In this document: positions 20,590-30,808 of the stretch, piece after piece | How positions within the stretch are numbered: position 1 is the stretch's first letter | Layout of the letters: each line of letters starts with the position of its first letter | Origin: an uncultured Pseudomonadales bacterium | GTDB taxonomy: Bacteria; Patescibacteriota; Microgenomatia; UBA1400; PJMF01 | NCBI GenBank assembly: GCA_964607285.1 | Contig: CAZSJW010000007.1 | Location: 3,079-67,078 of the forward strand | Reading direction: 5' to 3' | DNA length: 64,000 bases | Notes under the pieces: model-generated | The model's input: the letters and a program-made list of their open reading frames with translations, nothing else | Database searches by the model: none | Told to the model about the DNA's origin: nothing | Made by a program: the position numbers and the translations under genes

Positions 20590-21381
20590 TTACAACCCTG
20601 TTACAACTTCTATCTTGCGAAACTCTAAATACTTGCGTAGTTCATCTGAAAGTATCGCTACGCTTGGGCTAACTACTAGCCGTTCCATTCGTTGCAAAGT
20701 ACCAGCTGAGGTTTTGGGCATAACAAACCAGGCTGTTGCTGTTTCATCAGTCAACCTTGGGTACTCTTCCTCAAGTGAAAAATCGGGATACAGCCATGGT
20801 TCGTAGCCTATTTTTAGTTTATATGCTAAATACCCAAGCGTATTAATACACCCAAAGGCATTTCGAGAAGCACCAGATTTTACGAGAGTAGGTGCATGGG
20901 CAAAAATATACCGCAAACTTAGTAGGTCAAGCAATGCTCCAATTGAAACATTTTTAAGTCGAGGCAGGGCAATTCTCAGTGAAGCACGGTAAGGCTTATT
21001 CCACTCACCATCTTGTTTACGCAATATAATGGCAGCACCAACTCGCTGCACATCTGCCTGACGCTTAATCTCTACCAACAGAATTTCTGGATACTCGAGT
21101 TTTCTGTGCTCAAACCAATCTGGTTTAGCCAAAACCTCATAGTGCTGAATACTCATTTGATCAGCATAAAATTCCCGCCAATCTGAGTACGACTCAGCTG
21201 TAAGAGGTTTGATCGTGTACACTAGCCCTGCGTGCTCCAAAACTGCATCAAGCTGCAAAGCTAAAGCACGAATAGACTTACTTGGAATGTAAGAAATCCA
21301 CTCAAGCGGCTTAGTAACTGCAAGTGCTTCTTTTGGAAACAGCCATTTTACTCGAGTAGGTCTACTGAACTGAGTGCTCAT
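20590..21381 (-). CDS. hypothetical protein, possibly GNAT-fold (FemAB/BioF2-like) acyltransferase
   Basis: 263 aa. The VKSGASRNAFG segment and an alternating beta/alpha pattern only weakly suggest an acyl-CoA N-acyltransferase fold. Confidence 0.35.
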   Translation of the reverse strand: MSTQFSRPTRVKWLFPKEALAVTKPLEWISYIPSKSIRALALQLDAVLEHAGLVYTIKPLTAESYSDWREFYADQMSIQHYEVLAKPDWFEHRKLEYPEILLVEIKRQADVQRVGAAIILRKQDGEWNKPYRASLRIALPRLKNVSIGALLDLLSLRYIFAHAPTLVKSGASRNAFGCINTLGYLAYKLKIGYEPWLYPDFSLEEEYPRLTDETATAWFVMPKTSAGTLQRMERLVVSPSVAILSDELRKYLEFRKIEVVTGL

Positions 21382-21405
21382 TTATTGGCAGATTGTACTC
21401 TAGTT

Positions 21406-22263
21406 TTACAAAGACTGTTGTTGTAATTTTTCAAAAAGCTGTTTCTGCTCACGGGTAAGTTTTTCGGGAATAGTAATTGTCAGACGCACATACAGATCAC
21501 CCCTCCCACCACCACGGAGAATCGGAACACCTTCACCTCGCAACCGCACCAATGTATGTGGCTGTGTACCTGCTCTGATTTTGAGTTTAAGTGGTTCTCG
21601 AGTTGTCTCTACTTCAGTGACACCACCTAATACCGCTACTGTCAAAGGAATGTTGTGCTCAATAAATAGATCATGACCTTCTCGCTTGAACTTAGCATGA
21701 TTGAGTACATCTATGGTGACGTCAAACTCATCAAAACGAATTCGAGTCCCATTATCTGCACCAGCGGGAATCTTGATGGTGTGTTTTTTACCATCAATTT
21801 GCACTTCCTTATCAACGCCTTTGATCGCATCCATAAAATCGATTGTCAAACTATATCTTGGCCGTCTTGCTTGTTGTGCAAATCCTCCGCCAAAAAACTG
21901 TTCAAAAATCTCAAATGGATCGCCAAAATCCATGCCCTCAAACGGATTTCCCCCACTAGTGTTGTATGTATAAGTGAATGGTCCTTGCCTATACCCACCA
22001 CTAAATGGAGAACCGCCCATTCCAGATGCGGGATCAAATGCGGCGTGCCCGAACTGATCGTATGATTGTCGCTTCTGAGTATCTGAAAGAATTTGGTAGG
22101 CCTCGTTAATTTCTTTAAACTTTTCCTCTGCCTCTGCCTTTTTGTCTTGATTTTTGTCGGGATGCCACTTGAGAGCCATTTTGCGATACGCTGTTTTAAT
22201 TTCAGCTGCTGTTGCTCCTTTTTTTACACCGAGCACTTCGTAATAATCGCGTTTAGTTGGCAT
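21406..22263 (-). CDS. dnaJ: DnaJ-like co-chaperone lacking the Cys-rich zinc-finger domain (CbpA/type II-like)
   Basis: J domain DYYEVLGV...HPDKN, a G/F-rich region and a C-terminal substrate-binding domain. No CxxCxGxG repeats. Last gene of the hrcA-grpE-dnaK operon. Confidence 0.85.
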   Translation of the reverse strand: MPTKRDYYEVLGVKKGATAAEIKTAYRKMALKWHPDKNQDKKAEAEEKFKEINEAYQILSDTQKRQSYDQFGHAAFDPASGMGGSPFSGGYRQGPFTYTYNTSGGNPFEGMDFGDPFEIFEQFFGGGFAQQARRPRYSLTIDFMDAIKGVDKEVQIDGKKHTIKIPAGADNGTRIRFDEFDVTIDVLNHAKFKREGHDLFIEHNIPLTVAVLGGVTEVETTREPLKLKIRAGTQPHTLVRLRGEGVPILRGGGRGDLYVRLTITIPEKLTREQKQLFEKLQQQSL

Positions 22264-22278
22264 GAAATCTTACTATAA

Positions 22279-22305
22279 GGGGGGCACAGTTGGTATGCGC
22301 CCCCC
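22279..22305 (-). promoter_or_regulatory. GC-rich hairpin in the dnaK-dnaJ intergenic region (possible attenuator or processing site)
   Basis: GGGGGGC-loop-GCCCCCC stem in the 63-nt spacer between the dnaK stop and the dnaJ start. Confidence 0.35.
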
Positions 22306-22326
22306 GATCTGTGTACTTGTTACAAA

Positions 22327-24270
22327 TTAGCTTACCACTTCACCTTCTTCAGCTGACTTCTTACTGTCATCCGCTGGTTTTTCAGACGATTTGGCCTCTG
22401 AATCTGCTGGTTCCGCAGATTTGCCAGCACCCTTTTCAGACTGTGCTTTTTGCATCACTTCACCAATTTTTTGTGCAGACTCATACGTTTCTTTTATGGC
22501 TGATTCCAGGGCATCTTTTGTTGCGTCATCCTTGCCCGCCAGCTCTTTAAGTTTGTTGATGTTTTCTTCAATATTTTTCTTCGTGTCTTCATCAAGTTTA
22601 TCACCATACTCTTTGAGCTGCTTTTCTAGTTCAAACGCTACGCCATTTGCTTGGTTTCTGGTCTCAACCAACTCTCGGCGTTCCTTGTCCTCCGAGGCAT
22701 GCTTTTCAGCATCAGCTTTCATCTTCTCGACTTCTTCATCTGAAAGATTAGTAGAGTTTTGGATAGTGATCTTTTGTTCTTTGCCTGAAGTCTTGTCCTT
22801 GGCTGTGACGTTCAAGATACCATTGGAGTCGATATCGAATGTGACTTCAACCTGTGGCATACCACGAGGTGCTGGTGGAATACCGTCCAGGATAAAGCGA
22901 CCTAGTGATCGATTGTCTGCAGCCATCTCACGCTCACCTTGTAAGACATTTATTTCAACTTGGGTTTGGTTGTCTGCTGCCGTTGAGAAAACCTGCGATT
23001 TGCTGGTTGGGATGGTAGTGTTTCGCTCAATAAGTGGTGTGCGAACTCCACCAAGTGTTTCTAAACCAAACGTCAAAGGCGTAACATCAAGGAGCACAAC
23101 ATCAGAAACGTCACCACCTATCACACCTGCTTGTATAGCAGCACCTAACGCAACTACTTCATCAGGATTTACCCCTTTATGTGGCTCTTTACCAAAGTAT
23201 TTTTTAACCTCTTCTTGAATTTTTGGCATGCGAGTCATACCACCGACTAAGACCACATCGCCAATGTCACTAGGTTTCATACCTGCATCTTTGAGTGCTT
23301 TCTTGACAGGTTCAAACGATTTCTGAACAAGGTCATCCACCAACTCTTCATACTTGGCGCGAGATAGCGTCAACGTGAGATGCAGTGGCTGACCTTCGTC
23401 ACCTTGGGTGATAAAAGGTTGGTTAATCTCAGTTTGTTGTGCACTGGAAAGCTCAATTTTTGCTTTTTCTGCTGCATCTTTAATGCGCTGCAATGCTTGA
23501 GGATCTTTTGAGATATCTTTACCATTTTCTTTTTTGAACTCGGCAATAATCCAGTCGACGATTTTGTTATCAAAATCATCACCGCCTAAGAACGTATCAC
23601 CATTTGTAGCTTTAACCTCAAACACTCCATCACCGATCTCTAGAACTGAAATATCGAATGTACCACCACCCAAATCATAGACAGCAATGGTTTTGCTACC
23701 TTTTTTATCCAAGCCATACGCTAGTGCGGCTGCGGTTGGCTCATTTACAATGCGCTCTACGGTCAGGCCTGCAATCTCGCCTGCTTGTTTAGTGGCTTGA
23801 CGTTGCGAGTCATCAAAGTACGCTGGTACTGTGATAACAGCACGGGTGACTGTCTGGCCCAAATAACTTTCTGCATCAGCTTTGGCTTTACCCAAAATTT
23901 TGGCTGAAACTTCCTGAGGGGTTAGTTTCTTACCATCAATTTCTACCACAGCCATGCCGTCTTTGCCTTCAGTGACGGTATATGAGACGTGCTTTACCGC
24001 CTCTTTGACTGCTTTTTCGTTAAACTTGCGCCCCATGAAGCGTTTTACAGAATTGACGGTTTTTTTGGAGTTCAAAACCATTTGGCGTTTTGCGCCATCG
24101 CCTACAATTATTTCTTCACCTTTGAATGAAACAATAGAAGGAAACGTATTCCGTCCTTCAGAAGTAGGAATAATTTTTGCAGCACCAGCCTCCATAACTG
24201 CGACTGCTGAGTTTGTTGTTCCAAGGTCAATTCCGATAATTTTTCCTTGGGCTTTTGTTGTATCTGCCAT
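22327..24270 (-). CDS. dnaK: molecular chaperone DnaK (Hsp70)
   Basis: [18 protein letters not shown] and [10 protein letters not shown] motifs. 647 aa. Confidence 0.97.
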   Translation of the reverse strand: MADTTKAQGKIIGIDLGTTNSAVAVMEAGAAKIIPTSEGRNTFPSIVSFKGEEIIVGDGAKRQMVLNSKKTVNSVKRFMGRKFNEKAVKEAVKHVSYTVTEGKDGMAVVEIDGKKLTPQEVSAKILGKAKADAESYLGQTVTRAVITVPAYFDDSQRQATKQAGEIAGLTVERIVNEPTAAALAYGLDKKGSKTIAVYDLGGGTFDISVLEIGDGVFEVKATNGDTFLGGDDFDNKIVDWIIAEFKKENGKDISKDPQALQRIKDAAEKAKIELSSAQQTEINQPFITQGDEGQPLHLTLTLSRAKYEELVDDLVQKSFEPVKKALKDAGMKPSDIGDVVLVGGMTRMPKIQEEVKKYFGKEPHKGVNPDEVVALGAAIQAGVIGGDVSDVVLLDVTPLTFGLETLGGVRTPLIERNTTIPTSKSQVFSTAADNQTQVEINVLQGEREMAADNRSLGRFILDGIPPAPRGMPQVEVTFDIDSNGILNVTAKDKTSGKEQKITIQNSTNLSDEEVEKMKADAEKHASEDKERRELVETRNQANGVAFELEKQLKEYGDKLDEDTKKNIEENINKLKELAGKDDATKDALESAIKETYESAQKIGEVMQKAQSEKGAGKSAEPADSEAKSSEKPADDSKKSAEEGEVVS

Positions 24271-24354
24271 GTGATCCTTTCAACTGATGATTTTTTTCTT
24301 TTAGTACAAGTTTATCTTGGTCATTTTAGCAAACGATGACTGAGACTGCTAGTA

Positions 24355-24852
24355 TCAATTTTTCTTGTCTTTTTTGACTGAGTTGCCCAGCAACACCTTG
24401 GCATGTTGAATCACTTCGCCATTCAGTTTGAAACCAGGACGTACTTCAGAGAGCACAGTCAAACTATCATCAACCTGCTCTACAGCCTCCATTGTCGCCA
24501 CATCGAACTCTTGCCCAATAGTTTCGATCCGTTGCACACCATGGCGTTCTAATGTTTGCCAGAACTGTTGCACTACCATGGACAACCCAGCATCCTGCAC
24601 TTGTTCTGACGCTCTCATCAGATGCTCAAGAGGGAGCAACAACTCTGAAACGAAATCTTTTGTGGCAAGCTTAGCCCATCGGGACTGTTCCTCACGATTC
24701 CTACGTATCAAATTCTGGTAGTCAGCCATAAGCCGCTGTTCTCGCGCTCGGGACAGCTGCAGATCTGCTTGCAACTGAGCAAGTGAATTATCAAACTCAG
24801 TCTCATCTACCTGTTCAAGTTCGTCATCTGTAATTAAAGTGTCATCAGACAT
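24355..24852 (-). CDS. grpE: nucleotide exchange factor GrpE
   Basis: 165 aa with a coiled-coil N-terminus and a C-terminal GrpE beta domain. Confidence 0.88.
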   Translation of the reverse strand: MSDDTLITDDELEQVDETEFDNSLAQLQADLQLSRAREQRLMADYQNLIRRNREEQSRWAKLATKDFVSELLLPLEHLMRASEQVQDAGLSMVVQQFWQTLERHGVQRIETIGQEFDVATMEAVEQVDDSLTVLSEVRPGFKLNGEVIQHAKVLLGNSVKKDKKN

Positions 24853-24880
24853 AAAGACTTTCTAACACATGTGTAAATAC

Positions 24881-25603
24881 TTACTCAACTATTTCAGTGA
24901 TAAGACCACGCATGTACTTCATCATAGGAATCAAGTACGAGTAATCAAATCGGCAGGAACCAAAAATTCCCACATGACAAAGTTGGCCATGGACTAACAC
25001 TGTCATATGAATAACACCAACAGGAGCTAAAAACTTGTTGCTCAACTCCTGACCATATATAACATGAACAGGGTTCTCGCCAACCGCGGATCCAAAGACT
25101 TCCTCTAGAAGTTGCACTTCTTCGATCATCTCTAGCATATTGCGCATGACTTGAATGTCATAAAACTCTGGCATCTGGAGTAAATTTGCGTATCCAGCAT
25201 GATACACTCTGGTTGGATCTACCATCGTGACTGCCAATGCGTGTGATTTATCCGCTAAAACTTTTGTAATTTGTGGCCAAAGTTGATCTGTCTCTTTGCG
25301 AGAGTTCCAAATCTTTTCTTTTGCTGAAACTTCATCAGCTACGGAAAGCTCTTTTTCCTTCATGAGCTCGTTTACATATAGTTTCAGTGCCATAGGTGTT
25401 GGCAATCTTCCTGCACTGGTATGAGATTTTGAGAGATACCCCTGTTTAGTGAGATATACCATTTCATTGCGAATAGTAGCAGGAGAAACACCGATGCTAA
25501 ATTTTTTGTCTATAGTGTCAGAACCAACAGGATCTGCAGTATTGATAAACTCATCAATAATTGCGCGAAGAATTTGCACCTGTCGAGCAGTTAGGTCGAT
25601 CAT
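24881..25603 (-). CDS. hrcA: heat-inducible transcription repressor HrcA (short form)
   Basis: N-terminal winged-helix LTARQVQILRAIIDEFINTADPVGSDTI. First gene of the hrcA-grpE-dnaK-dnaJ operon, with a CIRCE operator immediately upstream. Confidence 0.85.
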   Translation of the reverse strand: MIDLTARQVQILRAIIDEFINTADPVGSDTIDKKFSIGVSPATIRNEMVYLTKQGYLSKSHTSAGRLPTPMALKLYVNELMKEKELSVADEVSAKEKIWNSRKETDQLWPQITKVLADKSHALAVTMVDPTRVYHAGYANLLQMPEFYDIQVMRNMLEMIEEVQLLEEVFGSAVGENPVHVIYGQELSNKFLAPVGVIHMTVLVHGQLCHVGIFGSCRFDYSYLIPMMKYMRGLITEIVE

Positions 25604-25604
25604 A

Positions 25605-25631
25605 TTAGCAATGATATAGCTTGAGTGCTAA
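25605..25631 (-). promoter_or_regulatory. CIRCE operator (HrcA binding site)
   Basis: Minus strand TTAGCACTC-AAGCTATAT-CATTGCTAA against the consensus TTAGCACTC-N9-GAGTGCTAA. The left arm is perfect and the right arm matches 6 of 9. It begins 1 nt upstream of the hrcA ATG. Confidence 0.8.
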
Positions 25632-25639
25632 GTTGTCAA
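25611..25639 (-). promoter_or_regulatory. sigma-70-type promoter of the hrcA operon (-35 TTGACA, -10 TATCAT) with CIRCE filling the spacer; leaderless or near-leaderless start
   Basis: On the minus strand TTGACA lies at 25639..25634, followed by a 17-nt spacer and TATCAT at 25616..25611, with 7 nt to the ATG. Confidence 0.5.
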
Positions 25640-25754
25640 TGCAAGAAGCAAGATACTTTTCTAACAAAATTAAGGTGCAACAACAAAACATTGTCCTCAA
25701 CCTGAACGCACAACGCAATACTAGACAGTTGCACATAATTTCTGCATACTTTTT

Positions 25755-27182
25755 GTGATGTCGGTACCCAATGCCATTCAATTTAAGAGACGTGCAAGGC
25801 GAATGAAACTGATCTTTCAGGGAAGTGTCATTTTTGTACTCGTAGCTGTAGCCATAGTCGGTGCATTTCAATTAGATGTGGTCAGAGAATATTTTTCCAG
25901 AGCTAGTGGTGAACCTGCAAACATAGTCATCGACACTAAATTTGTAGTGGGCCCGCTGCCACGCCCATGGCGTAACTTGGCTCAAGGTGGTGAAGGCCAT
26001 GATTGGCTCCTGCAACCGTTGGCACCACAAGTTAAAGCAATCAATACTGAGTACGTTCGTCTCGATCACATCTATGATTTTTATGACATCGTGCAAGGCA
26101 CATCTGGAAACTTAACCTTCAATTTTTCAAAACTAGACCCTGTACTAGATGGCATCACAGCTGCTGGGGCGAAACCATACATTGCACTGTCCTACATGCC
26201 TCCTGTCATCAGTTCAGGAGACATTATCTCCACACCGAGAGATTGGAATGAATGGCAATTAGTAGTGCAAAAAACTGTAGAACACATCAGTGGCACTCGT
26301 GGTATTTCAGATGTGTACTATGAGGTTTGGAATGAACCAGATTTATTCGGTGGGTTCAAGTACTACGGTGATAAAAACTATCTCACCATGTACACCTACT
26401 CTGCACAAGGTGCAGCAAACGCGCGTGGAGTGAGACCATTCAAAATAGGTGGACCTGCAATCACAGCCCTGTACAAAAACTGGATTGAAGCCTTGGCAAA
26501 ACATAGTCTACGAAACAACCTAAGACTTGACTTTATTTCATGGCATCGCTACAGCATGGATATTGATGATTATGTGGATGACGCAGTCAACGCCCGAACA
26601 TGGATGCAGCAGTACCCTCAGCTAGCAGCCACCGAGTTTCACATTACTGAATGGGGTCATGACAGTAGAAACCACGCAGGATACGATGGAGCACTTGGTG
26701 CTGCCCATACTGTAGCAGGTAGCATAGAAATGGCTGGTCGAGTTGATAGAGCCTTCATTTTTGAAATTCAGGATGGCAAAGACCCCGCAGGACAAGCTAT
26801 GTGGGGACGATGGGGAATGTTTACACACAAGGACGCTGGAGCACAAGCAAAGCCTCGGTATAGGGCACTGCAAATGCTTGAACGCCTAGGTGGCGAACGA
26901 CTGCAACTATTTGGCAAAGGCAGTTGGGTTAAGGCAATCGCGGCACTAGACGGGGAAGAGAACGTTGGTGTCGTCTTAGCTAACTATGATCAATTTGGGC
27001 GGAATATTGAGAATGTGCCAATTACTTTTTCTAATATTCTCCCTGGCTCATACACCATCACCAAGCAACTCTCAAACGGCCAACAATTTACGGAGACAAT
27101 TGCTACAACTGCTGCTCAACTACAAACACAGTTTTTGATGCCTGCGAACACGTATGGGTTTGTGCAGATGGTGAAAAATTAG
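25755..27182 (+). CDS. membrane-anchored clan GH-A glycoside hydrolase (GH39/GH5-like TIM barrel)
   Basis: N-terminal TM anchor (VIFVLVAVAIVGAF), catalytic acid/base motif EVWNEPD and nucleophile motif ITEWG. Confidence 0.6.
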   Translation: MMSVPNAIQFKRRARRMKLIFQGSVIFVLVAVAIVGAFQLDVVREYFSRASGEPANIVIDTKFVVGPLPRPWRNLAQGGEGHDWLLQPLAPQVKAINTEYVRLDHIYDFYDIVQGTSGNLTFNFSKLDPVLDGITAAGAKPYIALSYMPPVISSGDIISTPRDWNEWQLVVQKTVEHISGTRGISDVYYEVWNEPDLFGGFKYYGDKNYLTMYTYSAQGAANARGVRPFKIGGPAITALYKNWIEALAKHSLRNNLRLDFISWHRYSMDIDDYVDDAVNARTWMQQYPQLAATEFHITEWGHDSRNHAGYDGALGAAHTVAGSIEMAGRVDRAFIFEIQDGKDPAGQAMWGRWGMFTHKDAGAQAKPRYRALQMLERLGGERLQLFGKGSWVKAIAALDGEENVGVVLANYDQFGRNIENVPITFSNILPGSYTITKQLSNGQQFTETIATTAAQLQTQFLMPANTYGFVQMVKN

Positions 27183-27214
27183 TTATTTTGCACCGCACAA
27201 AAATTTGGGATTTT

Positions 27215-30200
27215 TTATTCTACATCATCGATAGGAATTGATACACAACAGGTGGATATATCGTACCCGTTGAACTTTGAATTCTTTGAGTCAAGAAAAA
27301 TTTTTGGGTTGTTCGAGTAGCGAAGCATGTATGCATCCCAAACACCTTGCCTGTTGGTGGAACTTGCTCCCTTCTGATCAAGAGGGATAACAACCGTGTC
27401 TATCTTGCGTCTTTTGGCGGTTCTCTTAGAATAAGCAACTACTTGATCTAAATAATCATGTGTGTCTATACCAGCTAAGGTATTTTCCAGCGGATTGTTC
27501 CCTCGAATAATAAGTACATCTTTGCCTGTTCTTTTTTCAGTACCTTCAATCAGCAAGAAAGCACCCCCAACCCGACAATTTTTTTTACTCTCAGGATTAC
27601 TCAGGATGATGATCGGCGTGAGCTTGGGATTATTCACCATAATGTCATCCAAGCTTGTCCAACAGGCGTCACTAATGTATCCAGATAGTTCCCCCAGGAT
27701 TCCTCGATCAGGTTTAAACAAGAAAGTGGACGTATTACCATACTCTTGATTCTTCATATGTCGGGATAGCTCTTGCCGTAAACCTTTTACATCGAACATA
27801 TAACTAAGGGCTTTTCTTTTGTTTTGGTCTGGAAATGCCTTTGGTAGGTACTCTTGGATGATGGTATGTTCAAATAACTCTACTAAATTTGCCATTGCCT
27901 CAAAGCTTAGTCGAGCACTGCTTACCTCCTGGAGATTACCTCTTATTGCGGTATTTTTTTTCACGAATGTGTGAAGGATTGCACTTCTTAAAAATGAATC
28001 AATGGCTGTGTTCCTTTTAAATACTTGCTTGCTTGCAAGCAACACATCTATCAATTGATCTACTGTTGATATTTTTTGCATTGCTACAATTATGCCCTCT
28101 AGGGAGGCTAGCTGACTTTTTAAGAGAGGTGCAACCTCAGAGTTGACTGCTAAAGTAGCTGTAACCCTCGAAATTTGCTGGTTTATTAGTTCATGCATTG
28201 ATTGCTGTACTTCAGCAATCATCTGCTGAGGAGCAATTTGAGAATCGAAATCAATTGCTTTGAGCAAAGTGTTTTGTAGGCTCAAGAATTGAGAACGAGA
28301 TTCCTGGGTAAACTCAATCTCATCAGAAGATAAGTCTGTAGAAAGAACTCGAACTACTTCTTCTTCATACCCCAGGGCTATCTCAAGTTCTCCTCTGCTC
28401 TCAGCTTCAAGCACTGAAATGAGAACTGTTTCCAGTCGTTTGCTTCTAGACGATTGACTAATATCAAAACGGGTGAGGCCACGCACTAACTCAGCTACAA
28501 CCGGGTTTCTCATTTCTTGGATACTCAATTTTTTCCTCAATATCTTTTCAATCAAATCAGTAACACGTGCTTTCAGTTGTTTTCTACCCTCTGCACCCAA
28601 TTCAGTGACTCCAAGACTCGCAGCACTCTTTGGAACTTCACTAGCGGTATCAATACTGCAAAATACTCGATACGTCTTGGGTAATACCAGATTTGACATT
28701 GAATCAGTAAAATCAATTACGCGTTTAAATTCTTCAGGTGTGAACTCTTGTAGCTTTGACGCAGGATAGTTTTCCCTGATGAACTTCCATAACTTATTTG
28801 CATCTATACTTTTAGTTACCTCAAAAAACATTTTTACAAACCATGCACTAACACTAAAGTTCAATATTTCTGTGTACAGACTAAGCGTTTCATCGAGTTT
28901 TACAAACCCGTGTGGATGAGCCATCGAATATGATATGAGTACATCTGCAAATGTTTGGTCTATGCCAAACAACTGAGCAATGACTACCTGATGCTTAGTC
29001 CATAGTTCAAATATTTTTACCCCATCATATATATATTTCTTTTCTTTCTGATCGTTCTGAATATTGCATTTTTCTCTCAGAGCTCTAAATAGAAGTAGTT
29101 GCTGTTCTGTACTTTCTTTTTTGTGGTCTGCTGTATCAGAAATCAGAATCAATGCAAACTGTTGCTCACTCGGATCGTACTGTACCTCAGTCAATCTCGA
29201 TGACAACTCCTCGATGTCTCCCTTTTTAGAAAAGCTGAAAAGCTGGGCTAAGGCACCAGCATGCCTTCCGTCAGTATTTAAATTAGTAAGTGAACCATCT
29301 GGGCTAAGTAACCAGTTCCGAACTGCTGGTATTCTCAAAAGTTTTTTCTGATCTTCCTCTGAATGGCTGTTCAGTAGTGATTGTTGCAGTGAGGATGAGA
29401 TTTGAGTTGCATCAGTTCTATAGCTTGAAGAAAGAGTAATAAACTCCTGGGCTCTATCAGGTTGTTTTAAAATCATCTGAAAGATAATATTATTAAGAAA
29501 ATCTATTGTGTTCTCATTTGTTGGCGTAAGTACTCCAAGCAGTTTGTGAAATACTTCTAAATCTGCGGCTATTTCACCTGCAAAGCCTTCACCAACTGTG
29601 CGTATAATGGTTGACATTTCCAGAAGCACTACATTAGGACTAGTGTCTCTAAGCCAAGGGAGAGACTTTAAAATGAATGCATCCCATATCTTGCTTGCCA
29701 ATTCATTTTTTGTTGTAACTATCAGTTGAATAAAAACTTCTAAAAAACCAATATACTTCATACCATCCTGATGATCACAGTTGGTAATAATATGAAGTAC
29801 TATGTCCACAGCATGTTCCAGAAACGTATCAGGAACTTCAGAGCCATTTACTACAAGTAAACATATCATATTCAAGTAGTCCATCTGTGAAAGCTGTGCT
29901 AATCCCGCAAGAAAATCTGGGTTAGATGCAGTTGGTAATTTTTTTTCTACACATACATCACTTAGCGCATAATGCGCTTGAGTAAACACCCAATCATGCT
30001 CTGGTTGAACATTTGGTTGAAACTGTATCGCATCTAAAAACAAACGAAAATCACCGCGGGATAATTGAAGATTGATGACACGCCTCAAGAAAAGATCTCT
30101 ATCATTTATCAAGAAGTCCTCCACAGTATGTAACTCAAACAACTCAGAGATAACAGCGTGCTGCCGAAGCTGCAGCTCATCTATGGCATCATATGAATTT

Positions 30201-30754
30201 GATGTGTATCCAATTTTATCTTGCTCAACAAGCTCTATAAGCTTTTCATCAGGCAAGCTATGTAAATACTCAGGGATGTTGATCATACGTCTCCATAATG
30301 CATCCTCAAGATTTTTAAGAGTTTCGCCAGTAACTGCAGCAATAGCATCTGCTCTCTCAAGAATGCTGGCGTGCAAACTTATGAGCATTTCCGAATTATT
30401 CTTAATAAACCTCAGGTAATGAGTTACTCTCCCAAGCTCGAAAACGGATTTAGCATTTGAAATAAATTTTTGCAGCATCTGCATATGCTTCCCATAGAAC
30501 TCCTCATCAACATGCACTGGTAAAGATCCAGCCTTGACTTCGCTGATAGATACCGCAGAATCCATTATGGAAAAAAGTGTGTCCTTTTGAAAAGGGTACA
30601 CAGACATCAAAAAACCGGGCTCATTGTATCCACCGTTTTTACTGAAAACACTTAAGTCAGCAATGATCTTAGCTGTATCTTCTTTCGAGAAAAAAACTTC
30701 AGCATCAACGTTCTGCTCTTGATCTAAACTGGGTGAAAATAACTGTTCAGCCAT
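27215..30754 (-). CDS. giant hypothetical protein (1179 aa), mostly alpha-helical, with a C-terminal Cys/His/Asn-containing region
   Basis: Uninterrupted 3.5-kb ORF with no recognisable domain. The C-terminal ~180 aa contain ISDACWTSLDD, GIDTHDY and YSNNP in a Cys-His-Asn order. Confidence 0.55.
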   Translation of the reverse strand: MAEQLFSPSLDQEQNVDAEVFFSKEDTAKIIADLSVFSKNGGYNEPGFLMSVYPFQKDTLFSIMDSAVSISEVKAGSLPVHVDEEFYGKHMQMLQKFISNAKSVFELGRVTHYLRFIKNNSEMLISLHASILERADAIAAVTGETLKNLEDALWRRMINIPEYLHSLPDEKLIELVEQDKIGYTSNSYDAIDELQLRQHAVISELFELHTVEDFLINDRDLFLRRVINLQLSRGDFRLFLDAIQFQPNVQPEHDWVFTQAHYALSDVCVEKKLPTASNPDFLAGLAQLSQMDYLNMICLLVVNGSEVPDTFLEHAVDIVLHIITNCDHQDGMKYIGFLEVFIQLIVTTKNELASKIWDAFILKSLPWLRDTSPNVVLLEMSTIIRTVGEGFAGEIAADLEVFHKLLGVLTPTNENTIDFLNNIIFQMILKQPDRAQEFITLSSSYRTDATQISSSLQQSLLNSHSEEDQKKLLRIPAVRNWLLSPDGSLTNLNTDGRHAGALAQLFSFSKKGDIEELSSRLTEVQYDPSEQQFALILISDTADHKKESTEQQLLLFRALREKCNIQNDQKEKKYIYDGVKIFELWTKHQVVIAQLFGIDQTFADVLISYSMAHPHGFVKLDETLSLYTEILNFSVSAWFVKMFFEVTKSIDANKLWKFIRENYPASKLQEFTPEEFKRVIDFTDSMSNLVLPKTYRVFCSIDTASEVPKSAASLGVTELGAEGRKQLKARVTDLIEKILRKKLSIQEMRNPVVAELVRGLTRFDISQSSRSKRLETVLISVLEAESRGELEIALGYEEEVVRVLSTDLSSDEIEFTQESRSQFLSLQNTLLKAIDFDSQIAPQQMIAEVQQSMHELINQQISRVTATLAVNSEVAPLLKSQLASLEGIIVAMQKISTVDQLIDVLLASKQVFKRNTAIDSFLRSAILHTFVKKNTAIRGNLQEVSSARLSFEAMANLVELFEHTIIQEYLPKAFPDQNKRKALSYMFDVKGLRQELSRHMKNQEYGNTSTFLFKPDRGILGELSGYISDACWTSLDDIMVNNPKLTPIIILSNPESKKNCRVGGAFLLIEGTEKRTGKDVLIIRGNNPLENTLAGIDTHDYLDQVVAYSKRTAKRRKIDTVVIPLDQKGASSTNRQGVWDAYMLRYSNNPKIFLDSKNSKFNGYDISTCCVSIPIDDVE

Positions 30755-30808
30755 ACCCTACCATGATACAACAAATCGGAAACTAAAAATTGAATAAATT
30801 GGCACGCA

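Noticed and set aside
22391-23218. 275-aa plus-strand ORF inside dnaK, and similar long antisense ORFs (17490..18065 in infB, 46335..47087 in groEL, 12642..13070 in pnp, 33970..34398 in ftsH)
   Set aside because: They lie entirely antisense to strongly conserved genes and have low-complexity Ser/Thr/Ala-rich translations. These are typical shadow ORFs.
27183-27214. Intrinsic terminator between the convergent GH gene and the 1179-aa gene
   Set aside because: There are only weak A/T-rich runs and no convincing GC stem.
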